A stretch of 64,000 nt of DNA from Podarcis pityusensis (lineage: Eukaryota): NCBI GenBank assembly GCA_964106645.2, contig OZ067053.1, one strand, 5' to 3'. A program made the position numbers and the translations under genes. Numbering within the stretch: the stretch's first letter is position 1; each line of letters starts with the position of its first letter. Positions 11,212-22,030 of the stretch are shown piece after piece. The notes beneath the pieces are model-generated. The model searched no databases, was not told the DNA's origin, and saw only the letters and a program-made list of their open reading frames with translations.

Positions 11212-11348
11212 CTTGGGTAGTGATGGCTGAATTCATCAGCGCCCCGGCAGCGTTGGCTCGGACCTCGGCGTCTTCATCTTCCAGAAGCATGACGAGGTCT
11301 GGGAAAACATCTTCCTCAAAGACCATGTTCTTCCCTTCCAGGGGGACA
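11212..11348 (-). CDS. RSPH14: RSPH14 penultimate coding exon
   Basis: Acceptor tgctcccctcAG|11348 and donor 11212|GTGAGG; 137 nt. Encodes (S)VPLEGKNMVFEEDVFPDLVMLLEDEDAEVRANAAGALMNSAITTQ(G). Phases match both neighbouring exons. Not shown in this frame in the ORF track. Confidence 0.92.
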
Positions 11349-11960
11349 CTGAGGGGAGCAAAGGGTGGGGATCAGCCAAAGAAACTCTAAAGCCCCTCTG
11401 TGGGTCTGACGTGTGTATGTGTGTGCACACATGCTAAGAGCTGGTTGTCCTCTGGCCAACACGGGGGACCTGAGCTGTCCCTTATGTAAGAGAGCGACCT
11501 CTGTCTTGGGACATTCTGACATTTGCAAAACGTAGGGCTACAAAAACAAAAAGGCCTTGTTGACCCATGGCTTAGCGCTACGTGTGAATCCTGCCCACAG
11601 ATCTGCATCAATTTGTGATTTCTTTTTTTAAAAAAAAGACATGAAAATTTGTCAGTGTTTCAGAGCATGTGTCTCCTAAGACACACAACCTGGCAAGAAA
11701 TTCCCTCCAACAGACCACAAAAATCTGGAGAAATTGTGTCTTGAAGGATTTTGGATTGTGTATCATTTTGGAACAGAAATTTGCGTTCAAGCCCTGTACG
11801 TTTTTTGCCTTTTGTATTTTATCGGTTTTGTATTTTTCCCTGTCAGCCGCCTTGAGTGCAATATGAAAAAGGTGCGATATGAATAAACATGACAATAACA
11901 ATGATAACTGAAATGGGGACTGGATTTCTCCTCCTCCCCTGGTGAGTCACCGGCCCTCAC

Positions 11961-12186
11961 CTGATGGCCATCAAGGCCTGAGCTGCCCTGCTCCTGATGT
12001 TCACCCCTGAATGGCTGAGCAGCTCCTTCAGGATGCGGACGGCTCCTGTGGCCAGGGCCTCAAAGGCCTCCACCCGCAGGCAGCCTGTCAGCGTCTCCAA
12101 GATCAGCTCCTGGATATCCTCCAGCTCCGTCTTCAGCTTGAAGACCAGTGAGGGAACCAAGCCGCTCTCCACAATCCCGGTGGCTC
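11961..12186 (-). CDS. RSPH14: RSPH14 (radial spoke head 14 homolog / RTDR1) internal coding exon
   Basis: Minus-strand acceptor cctcctgcAG|12186 and donor 11961|GTGAGG; 226 nt. Encodes GATGIVESGLVPSLVFKLKTELEDIQELILETLTGCLRVEAFEALATGAVRILKELLSHSGVNIRSRAAQALMAI(S), ARM repeats similar to human RSPH14 (GLISSLVWKL...NIRSKAARAL). Confidence 0.92.
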
Positions 12187-12589
12187 CTGCAGGAGGAGGG
12201 AACAGAAGGAGGATCTGTGGTGGTGCCCCAAAAGCCCACGGCCTAGCCGAGCCCTCCCAGCCATGAGGATTGCCATGGCAAAACAGGAGGCAGCCGAGGA
12301 GAGAACAGGCTGTCTGCGAGGAGCCACTGGCAAACAAGCCTCAGCTGCCTGGTGACTGTTGCTAGGAGACAAGCAGCTCCATCGAAAGTGATTCACATGT
12401 GCAGTTGGGTGATGCGGAAGTTCGGCATACAAGGAGAACAGAAGGAGCCTTCCCCAACTTGTGCCCTCCGGGTACTTGGGACTACAACACCCATCAGGCC
12501 CAGCATCATAGGGCCGCACTGGCAAGAGCTGATGGGAGTTGTGGTCCCAAGTTGTTGTTGGTGTTTCTTCAAAGCAACCTTTCCTTTCT

Positions 12590-12840
12590 GAGAAGAAGAA
12601 GAGAGTTTGGATTTGATATCCCACTTCATCACTACCCAAAGGAGTCTCAAAGCGGCTAACATTCTCCTTTCCCTTCCTCCCCCACAACAAACACTCTGTG
12701 AGGTGAGTGGGGCTGAGAGACTTCAGAGAAGTGTGACTAGTCCATGGTCACCCAGCAGCTGCATGTGGAGGAGCGGGGAATCGAACCCGGTTCACCAGAT
12801 TACGAGTCTACCTCTCTTAACCACTACACCACACTGGCTC
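12590..12840 (-). mobile_element. Squam3-like tRNA-derived SINE
   Basis: Intact A box TGGTGTAGTGG and B box GGTTCGATTCC on the minus strand; (CTT)n tail. Confidence 0.88.
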
Positions 12841-14008
12841 TACAACACCACAGCTTAGGGTCCTTCTCCTTCATGGGGGCATATATGGGGTTTCCAAGGA
12901 AACACTTCTTTAGAAAGTAGAGCACAGAATCACCATCATTGTGGGGACCACGGTGCACACAGAGGGGATGTTAATCCATCCCTTCCTAGCCATGACCTTG
13001 ACAAAATGACACCCCCCCACTGTACTGGTATCAACCTTACCCCGTTCCCCACAAAACGTCTTCCCTTCCAGTGCTGTAGTGGCTTTGATGACGCAAAGCG
13101 ACTTCTCCTCCAGGCTCCACTGCAATTTCATTGATGAAAAAGTGGAGCAATTTTCCACGGTGACTTTCTGGAAGATTATCAGTCGGCATTGTACTCGCCT
13201 GAGGGATAGCCAAGCAGGTGTTGTGTGGGGCTGTGCCATGGCAACAGGTTTGGGAGCATGAAATCTCTCCTCAGAGCCAAACAACCTTGAACTCATTGGA
13301 AAGCCTCTTGATTAGCCCCACAGATCTCTTGACTGCAGCATCACACACGGTTCCTGTGCTACCGAGCAACTTGAGGAGTAGGGGTCTCAAGAGCAACACC
13401 TTCACCACCAGCAGCTGAAATCAGGGTGTGTGTGGTCTTAGGAGGCCAGAGTCCAGAAGGCCTCCCTCTTGAGCATTCCAGCTGCTGGAAGTAACACAGG
13501 TCTCTGGCTCAACCCTTGGTCTTGATCTTGGCCTGTTGATTGACCACACTTGTGAAGCATGTCTTGGGCTGCAGCTGATTGCTTGTGCTCCCTCTTGGTT
13601 GTTTGGGGCACTGCTGTACCCTCATCCCAGCTCTCCTTGGCGAGGATATGAAGTAGGAGGCTCAGACCACCCCCAGGACTGGCATCTCAGCTCCTACGGG
13701 CACCCGCTGGAGTTTGACAGAAGCTGAAGGTAAGCAGAGTCCCTGTAAATTTCCTTAGGAATGTAAAACGAGCCTGATGGGTCAGGCTAATGGCCCATCC
13801 AGTCTAGCATCCTGTTCTCAAAGTGGCCAACTAGATGCCCCCAAAGGGAATCCCACAAGCAGGACCTGAGCATAAGAGCAACTCTCCCCTCATGTGGGAG
13901 AGTCAGCCCCATATTGCATGGGACTGTTCTTGTTTTGAACAGGGAGATATGTGCTCTTGGAGCCCTAGTCAATCCTGATAGAGGTCCCGTGGATGGGAGT
14001 GTCTATGA

Positions 14009-14144
14009 CAGGCATAGGCAAACTCGGCCCTCCAGATGTTTTCGGACTACAACTCCCATGATCCCTAGCTAACAGGACCAGTGGTCAGGGATGATGGGAA
14101 CTGTAGTCCCAAAACATCTGGAGGGCTGAGTTTGCCTATGCCTG
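14009..14144. mobile_element. 136-bp palindromic hAT MITE
   Basis: CAGGCATAGGCAAACTC...GAGTTTGCCTATGCCTG; near-perfect fold-back; perfect 8-bp TSD GTCTATGA (14001-14008 and 14145-14152). Degenerate relatives at ~7890, 12450, 33645, 46705, 49240 and 59250. Confidence 0.9.
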
Positions 14145-14398
14145 GTCTATGAGGAGCCTGGGCAGAATTCAGGGAGGACCAGGGTTAGGATCTCTGAAGC
14201 CCTCTAGAATGAGGCAAGGCAGAAATGGAGAAATGACTCCAGGGCGGCCTTGGGCTGAATGAATCTAGCATCCAAGTTTGGTGGAAAAGGAGCTAAATGA
14301 ACCTGTTTCTGTTTGCTTGCTTGTTTGAAACGTTCTCCTGGCTTGGAAAGGCAGGTGTTGGAGCAGAGAGAGCCAACGTGTTGCCCTCACTAGATGTT

Positions 14399-14542
14399 CA
14401 TAGAATCATAGAATTGTAGAGATGGAAAGGACCACGAGGATCGTCTAGTCCAATTCCCTGCAATGCAGGAATCTTTTGCCCAACGTGGGGCTTGAACCCA
14501 CGACCCTGAAATTAAGAGTCTCGTGCTCTACCAAGTGAGCTA
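14399..14542 (-). mobile_element. tRNA-Lys(CTT)-derived SINE with CR1 3' tail
   Basis: Minus strand TAGCTCACTTGGTAGAGCACGAGACTCTTAATTTCAGGGTCGTGGGTTCAAGCCCCACGTTGGGC resembles tRNA-Lys-CTT and is fused to a CR1 tail ending (ATTCTATG)n. Confidence 0.85.
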
Positions 14543-15383
14543 TTTGTCTCAACTCCTAGCAGCCCTAGCTGCCAGCCTGCCTAATGGTCATGGATATTGG
14601 GAGTTGTAGTCCAGCAAATCTGCAGGACACCATCTGGAGGGCTACCCCTGGATTGGGATAAATAAGATTTACAAGAGTAATCGGCCGGAATAAGCATCAA
14701 TGTTTAAAATATGACAAGAATTAAGGAAAGGAGGTCTGGTTATATTTCAAACTGCACTAAGGGAGAAAAAGTGCAGACATAATTTAAAAATGCCCTGTTC
14801 AGAGCTTCATGTACCAAAAAAAAAAAAAAAAAAAGGGTCCATGCTGGTCTTTCTATATATAACTAACCTAGTTCTGCAGTTGATTTTAAAGAGAGCTAGC
14901 TGGAAGATGAATGGAACCTGACTACTGTAAAGCTTGCCATGAAAGGTGAAAAATTAGGGGGAAAGCAGGTTTTCCATTGAGTTTGTGTCTCGATATCTGC
15001 ATGTGCGCAGAAAAACCAGGTTATGGTACAATCATCACTGAAATGCTCCCTCAAGAAGGGCAATTTCATCTGGAATTTTTGAGACAACTTTGCAAGGGAA
15101 TGCATCTGCATTTGGGAACAATGACCATTTTTGTCTCTTGGTGTGGGTTAATACTTTTTTCTTCCCCAAACCGAGACACAAGGGGTATAGGGCAGCACAT
15201 AAATTTAATAAATAATCATAACCATAATTTTCTACCCTATGTGAATTTGTTACCAATGTTATATTGGATTAATGATCATCACTTCCCCAAAGAATCCAGG
15301 GAGTTGTAGTTTATCGAGGGTGCTGAGAATGTTCTGCAGAAGAATATGCCAAGGGGGAAATGACTATTTAACCTATTTAAACC

Positions 15384-15873
15384 TTAAAAAGCAGAGACAT
15401 CACCTTGCCAACAAAGGTCCATATAGTAAAAGCTATGGTTTTCCCAGTAGTTATGTATGGAAGTGAGAGCTGGACCATAAAGAAGGCTGATCGCTGAAGA
15501 ACTGATGCTTTTGAATTATGGTGTTGGAGGAGACTCTTGAGAGTCCCATGGACTGCAAGAAGATCAAACTTATCCATTCTTAAGGAAATCAGCCCTGAGT
15601 GCTCACCGGAAGGACAGATCCTGAAGCTGAGTCTCCAATACTTTGGTCACCTCATGAGAAGAGAAGACTCCCTGGAAAAGACCCTGATGTTGGGAAAGAT
15701 GGAGGGCACAAGGAGAAGGGGACAACAGAGGACGAGATGGTTGGGCAGTGTTCTCGCAGCTACCAGCATGAGTTTGACCAAACTGTGGGAGGCAGTGGAA
15801 GACAGGAGTGCCTGGCATGCTCTGGTCCATGGGATTACAAAGAGTCAGACACGACTAAACTACTCAACAACAA
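15384..15873 (+). mobile_element. Bov-B (RTE) LINE, 5'-truncated
   Basis: RVPWTARRSNLSILKEISPECSPEGQILKLSLQYFGHLMRREDSLEKTLMLGKMEGTRRRG is the Bov-B ORF C-terminus; (CAA)n-type tail. Confidence 0.92.
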
Positions 15874-17639
15874 AATCTATACTGTAGGGTTGCCCCTTAA
15901 GATTTACAAAAGGCATGGACCCACCTCTAGACAACAAATGGCAAGTTGCTAGCTAAAGGGCTTCCTGTGGGTGGAGTCAGGGTTCTAATTTTGTCTTGCT
16001 CTGTTGCTTGCTCTTATAGGGTGGTAATGTGAATTGAACATGTATCTGGCCCTGGGGCAATTGTAAAATTAACGTTCTGGAATCTGAGCAGTCCCAGAGT
16101 TTTAAGGCCTGAGTTCAAGCCACCTGGCACCGGAGGAATTTATGGGTGTGCCAGTTATATGACTTCAGCTTGCAGCGGAAGGAAAAGAATGTGATGCACA
16201 CCCAGTCAGAAACCATCAAAACTGAGGGCTGAAGTTGACATAACACAGGTGGTCAGCAGTCAAGGTCTCCTGTGTTCGTTTGTTTAAAAGAAGAAGAAAC
16301 AAGCACTTAGCAGCTGAAGATTGGAGCAGGTAGGACTAGATGGCACCGTTTTAAGTGGCATTGGGAGTGGGATAAAGGAAGGGAACTGATTCTCCGGCAC
16401 CGTTTCTAAGAGCTAACTCCCACTCACTGCTATTAGCTTTGCAGGGAAAGTGTGTGGGTGCCTGTATGGTTCTTGTGTGTCTCCCCCAAAGAACTAATAG
16501 TACCAATGGGGTGGGGGTGGGGACACACGACTTAGATTGGGGAGTGTCAATTCTCTCTTCCCCAGTGTTACTCCCTGGTCTTCGAACCAGATGAGCGGGG
16601 CTGCTGCGGGTCTGATGATGCCTAGTTTGGCCCCTAAATACTTGAGAACTGTGCTTTGGCACAATTGAGTTGCCTGTTCCTGGATTGTATTCTGCCATTT
16701 GTGGCTCAGGAGGAATGGCCTTTACTGGGGCACCATTTGGATAAGGCCCTTTTCTTGGGGCGGAACCTCAACTTGGGAACTCTCTCCTCCTGGAAGCAGG
16801 GATGGCTTCAACATTAAAAGAAAATGACGGCTGGGAATCCAAGGACTAGGAATGTGGTGGGGTGGCCACTCCAGGGTGAGGGCACAGCTAGGACACTCCA
16901 ATTCTCTTTTCTACCCCTGCAGCAGTGGAAATGCGGCCGACACCAAGTACAGAAGGTGGGTTGTGCTTGAGTTTCAAATGCTCCCCAGCATCGGAATGTG
17001 GCCGATGGGCTCCAAAGACCTCAGCTGCACAAAGGTGCCTGGATGGACACGCAGGCAGGCGCATGCTAGTCTCCCCTGTGAAAACGCAATGAAGGAAAAC
17101 CTTTGCGCCTGCATCTTCCACCCGCATTGCATGCCTCCCGGTCCCTCCACTGTTATTCTTGTAGCCAAAAAAAATCAGCTTTCACATGAGTGGATGAACA
17201 GCATGTTGATAAACAAACACACTGACAAGGAGTGCAGGGTTCCTATCTGCTGCTCTACAAAGGAAAAGGCGTTGCCATGGAAACTGTCTTAGCGCTTTAC
17301 TTCTCAGCAAATGCCCCCTCCATTCCACATATTGACCACAACCCGGGTAGGAATCATTGTGCCAGGTCCCGTGTTTCCGGCAGTCCCTTTTAGCCACGGA
17401 CCTTTCTGTCAGGTGACCCTCGGGACCTCCCTTTGTAAGGAGAGGCACTTCTGGTGCACTGGCAGGTGGGGAGGGATGTCACCGTCTTTTTGCTGCTCCG
17501 GAACTCCAGAGGGCAAAGTGAAAAGGGCAGAAGCCCTGATGCTGGCAGGAGGAGAGCAAGAAACAATGTATGGCGCTGGCAAATGTTCCTGCTGGGCTGA
17601 GAAGGATGGAGGAAGAGGCCAGAGAAGGGAATCAGGCAG

Positions 17640-17887
17640 GAGGAAGAAGAGGGGTTTGGATTTGATATCCCACTTTATTACTACCCTAAGGTGTCTCAAA
17701 GCGGCTAACAATCTCCTTTCCCTTCCTCCCCCACAACAAACAGTCTGGGAGGTGAGTGAGGCTGAGAGACTTCAGAGAAGTGTGACTAGCCCAAGGTCAC
17801 CCAGCAGCTGCATGTGGAGGAGTGGAGATGTGAACCTGGTTCACCAGATTACAAGACTACCGCTCTTAACCACTACACCACACTGGA
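17640..17887 (-). mobile_element. Squam3-like SINE
   Basis: Homologous to the 5460, 12590 and 34244 copies. Confidence 0.85.
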
Positions 17888-19444
17888 AAGGAAGTGGGCA
17901 CAGGGTCCATGTACAAGGTGCCAGGGAGACCCTGGCACAAATCCCTGTTGGGCCAGGGTTTGCCCTTGCAATACATTTGAGGGTATGGGTAAGTTCAGCC
18001 CTGCCTCTGCATCCTTAAATTGTCATGACAAACAGCACCTAGATGAGAAAGGGCAACAAAAAAATGAGGCTTGTGAGGCTGTTCGGTTTAGAACAAAAAT
18101 AGTAAAGATGATAAAATGATGAATGGCAAATTGCTAAAAGAACACAGAGAGGTTGCCAGGCTAATAACCACTTGAGATTAGTCAGAGATACATATGCCAC
18201 ACTTGGAAGAGGAGGCATTGTGACAAATGAACAACAACCAGATTGAGGACGAAACATCTCTAAACCTCAGCTTTGGAGGAATAAGAAGACAGTGATGCCC
18301 TGATCTTAAACAATAGTATACCTATAATGTGGACTTGGCTGGGCAGCATCACAGCCACCCCAAAATTTAGCTTTCTCTTGAGTATTTCATATCCACCTTC
18401 TCAGCCCATTTTATTTCAAACGCTCCAAGTTATCGCATCTTTGTTATAATTTTTAAAGGGGGAAACAATTGATGCAAATGTATATTCATATAACAAACAC
18501 ATAGAATCATTGAATTGTAGAGTTGGAAGGGACCCTGAGGATCATCTAGTCCAGAAATATGCAGCTGTCACATACAGAAGATGCACACCACTGCACACCA
18601 AACTAACCTAAGAAGAGCCTGACTGCTGCTGGATCAGACTGAAAGGGGACTGATCTAGTCCACCATCCCATTTCCCACCCCGATCCCCCAGTGGGGACGG
18701 GGTGCCACAGCCCTCCTTCTTCTGCTGATATCCAGAGCCTGGTGTTTGGGGACGTGCTGCCTCTGAACCAGGAGGCAGCTTACAGCCATGGCCTTTATCC
18801 TCAATGAAATTTTTAACTCCCTTTTAAAGCTGTTCAGTCTTATGGACATCACCATGTCTTGTGGGAGCAAAATTCCATAGCTTAAATCGTGCTTCTTTTT
18901 GTCTGCTGTGAATGTCCTGCCATCAGATCCCACCAGTGTTTCTGTGAACTTAGGGGGTTGTGCTCCCAAAATGCATTGTTTTCCACCAACACTGAAGCGG
19001 AATTGCAATTTTAACGCCCATTTCACCCAGTTCAGAGAATGTGTGCGTAAACAGGGGCACCAAAAAGAAAATATAATCAATTGCCCCTCAGAGAGTAGAG
19101 CATTCCTTAAACATGGTCCAACTGCAGAGAAGCCCCTCCAGCCCAGTCACACTTGTGATTGCCCAGCAGGCGGAAACTTTTCCTTACTAGCTGACTACTG
19201 ATGGAATGGAGTCATTTGGGTGTCATGGCCTTGGGAGCTGATTTCCCAATTTTAGTGAGTTTCTTGGCTGCCTTCCCATGTGGGCATTGTTGCCATTGCA
19301 GTCCCTGATGGATGGGCTGTGGTACGATTTGCAGGAATGCTACAGGCACGTCTGCTGTTTTTCTGGCATTTTTGCATGTTGGGCATAATCCTTCCCGGAC
19401 TGGGTGCTCTGAAGCAACCGCAGTGCACCCACCAGAATTGGCCT

Positions 19445-19574
19445 CATGCTGGCCACATGACCTGGAAGCTGTACGCCGGCTCCCTTGGCCAATAAAGCGA
19501 GATGAGTGCTGCAACCCCAGAGTCGGCCACGACTGGACCTAATGGTCAGGGGTCCCCTTTACTTTTACCTTTAC
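19445..19574 (+). mobile_element. Sauria SINE 3' portion
   Basis: GGCCACATGACC...ACCCCAGAGTCGGCCACGACTGGACCTAATGGTCAGGGGTCCCCTTTAC with an ACCTTT-type tail, characteristic of the Sauria SINE. Confidence 0.8.
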
Positions 19575-20599
19575 GAGAAGTTTGCTTGGCCCATCTTCCA
19601 TTGAAATACTTAACATGTCAATACATAAACAACTGGCAGCTGTAAAGAGTTATTCCAAAGTAATATCAGACATTATTTCCGTACTCCTAAACATTTCATT
19701 GTTGTTCCAATTACAATATGGTGCCTATGTTTCATTTATAATTAAGGCACAGTGATTGTGGCAGCCATCTTGGATTTTTAAATTTCCATTTTCTCAGCAA
19801 CCCAGAGGCATAAGCTGCTGGTTTATACACCAAGACATGCATCATTTAACGCTCTATGAACCTGATTTTGCACTGTTGCCTCAACTAGGTTTCAGTTGGC
19901 TGCTCGTTTTCAACTGAGGCTTCTAAATCCTTTGGGATAAGCGTTAATAAGCCTAACATTAGCTTGTCATTAAAATTTCATCAAAGTGGTTGAAGGGTAG
20001 GGTTGCAAGAGCAAGTTTATGCTGGTAATCGGCAGCACTAGATGAGTTTTTAAGACATCATTTTTAGACAGACTCCATGGCTCAGTGGCAGAGCATCCCA
20101 CCTTGACTTCCACCTTCAGTTTTAGAGTCAAAGCAAAAGCTTCTTGTTCGTTTTTTATTATGGATTTTGTGTTCTCATTTTGTTTTTATATGTTATGAAT
20201 TTTGGATGAAGGGCAAAATTAATAAACAATAACAAGAAGTGTACCCCAAGAACCAGGAAGATATGGATCCAGCAGACCGAAAACAAATTCCCCTGAAACA
20301 ACCCCCAAAATTGGGAAATCTCTCTTGTTGCATCTTATGCCCCTTGGCCAGTACTATTCTCAGTCCAACCTACCTTACAGGACTGTTGTTAGGGGGAAAT
20401 AGGGCAACCATTGCACAGGGCATTGAGGGCATTGTGCCAGAATGGGCTTACTGGTTGTAGGTTAAAGAGGATCCCCAAGAAGTCACACCTCGCCAGTAAG
20501 CCACCTGGCTATGAAACTGGGTTAGGCACAGGGATTAAGGACAATCTACAAAGGGGCCCTTTGCCCTGAGGGGCAGCTGCTGCTCTGCCCATCTTGTCC

Positions 20600-22030
20600 T
20601 TGAGGTCAGGCTTCCACGATGGGGACTCTGCGGTCAGCTGCCCCAGGGAAGCCAGGATCCCAGGAAACTGTGCCCCCGATCCCTCCCCGGGGAAGCCAGG
20701 GAGGCCCACCGAGCCTTTCCACCCTGTCGCGGCGGGGTTGCTTGGCGCCTATGACCCGGGCGAGGTGCCCCCTGGCTGCCAGCCCAGGGCCAAGGTGGAG
20801 GCCCGGGGAGCCGCTGGGGGGGGGGGGCTTGGCGGCTGGGAGAAGCGTGCCGCGCTCGGGGGCCTTTGAGCGAGCCGGCCCCGTCCAGCCTCGCCGGGCC
20901 CCCACGTGGCAGCCCCGCTGCCTGGGCGCGCGAGTCTCCTGCGCGCACGGCGCCGGCGCGCTCCGCCATTGGCGAGGGCGCGCGCCAATCCGGGCGTCGG
21001 CCGGCCAATCGGGGCGCGCGGAGCCTCTGCGGCGCGCCAGCCCCTCCTGCGCCCGAGGCTCCCGAGCGTGGTGTGCTGTGGCGCGCGGCTGCGGGGAGCC
21101 ACCGAGCAGCCCCAGCGCCCGGCCCGCCCCGCGCCTGCTCCAGCTCCTCCTGCGGCACCGGTGGTGGTAGCAGCAGCAGCAGCCAGACGAAGGCGAGGCA
21201 CGCATCCCGCGCCGGTGCCCGTCCCGCGGGGAGGATGGGAGCCCTGGCGCTGACGAAGCCCGGCGGCGGCGGCGGCAGCAGCAGCAGCCGCGGAGAAGGA
21301 GGCGGCTGCCTGCCCCGCCTCTGGCGCCTGTGAAGAGGTAGGTGCTGCTTGGCCGCGCTCCCGCCGGGGAACTAGGTCAGGGCGAAGCCGCGGCGAGGGC
21401 TGCTTGGGACGGGGATCCCCGCCAGAGATGCCCTTTGCGCCGGGGCCGGGGCCGGGGTGGGCTAGGCTACCGCCGGGCTCTTGGCTTCCGCGTGGCCAAA
21501 GCGACGCCAACGCCTCCCGCGAGGCTCGGCCTCCGCAGCCCGGCAGGGCGGGGAAGGGGGCGCCTTGGGCAGGAAGGCAAGACGTCGGCTGCCCGCTTTC
21601 CCGGGCAGGCTCGGCCTTCGCGCAAGCGGGATGGACAGCTCCTCTCGGGCAGGCGATTTGCGGGCGGGAGGCCTTTTGCGGGAGGAAGGCGCCTGCGGTG
21701 GCACCTGAGCGGGGAAGCCTCCCTGGCGACCGGGCTGGTCCCTGCTGCTGCTGCTCAGTTTGCGCGCGTCCTCCCGCCCTGCGTGCGCCAGACAGCGCTT
21801 GACCCCCCGATTTCATGCTGTGCCATTGAGCACCCCCCACGCCCTCTCCACGAGGATCGTTTGCTTGGGTGACAGGGAGAGAGACATGCCTGCAACCTCC
21901 TCTTGGGCCGGGCACCAAAGGCGGGTCGCCACACCCTCCGGGGGACTGTCTGGATCGATTTTGCTGCAAAGCATGGAAGCGGATCAGGCCAGCGGGGCCC
22001 AGCGACGTGAGGGTTGTGGATTTCACATCA
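20600..22030. promoter_or_regulatory. CpG island / GNAZ promoter
   Basis: Very GC- and CpG-rich ~1.4 kb in otherwise CpG-depleted DNA. E-box CACGTG 20903-20908; three CCAAT boxes (ATTGG 20968-20972, CCAAT 20985-20989 and 21005-21009); GC boxes; no TATA box. Confidence 0.88.
21050..21337 (+). other. GNAZ: GNAZ non-coding first exon (5' boundary approximate)
   Basis: Lies downstream of the CCAAT boxes in the CpG island and ends at donor GAG|GTAGGT (21337/21338). GNAZ has an untranslated first exon. The TSS cannot be fixed from sequence. Confidence 0.65.

Noticed and set aside
14470-14542. tRNA-Lys(CTT)-like sequence
   Set aside because: Lacks the 5' acceptor-stem strand, carries substitutions and is fused to a CR1 tail; it is a SINE head, not a tRNA gene.
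17311-18018. 235-aa ORF, and recurrent MDLISRL/HFITT..SLPPPQQTLCEVSGAERLQ ORFs elsewhere
   Set aside because: Antisense readings of Squam3-like SINE copies, not a gene family.
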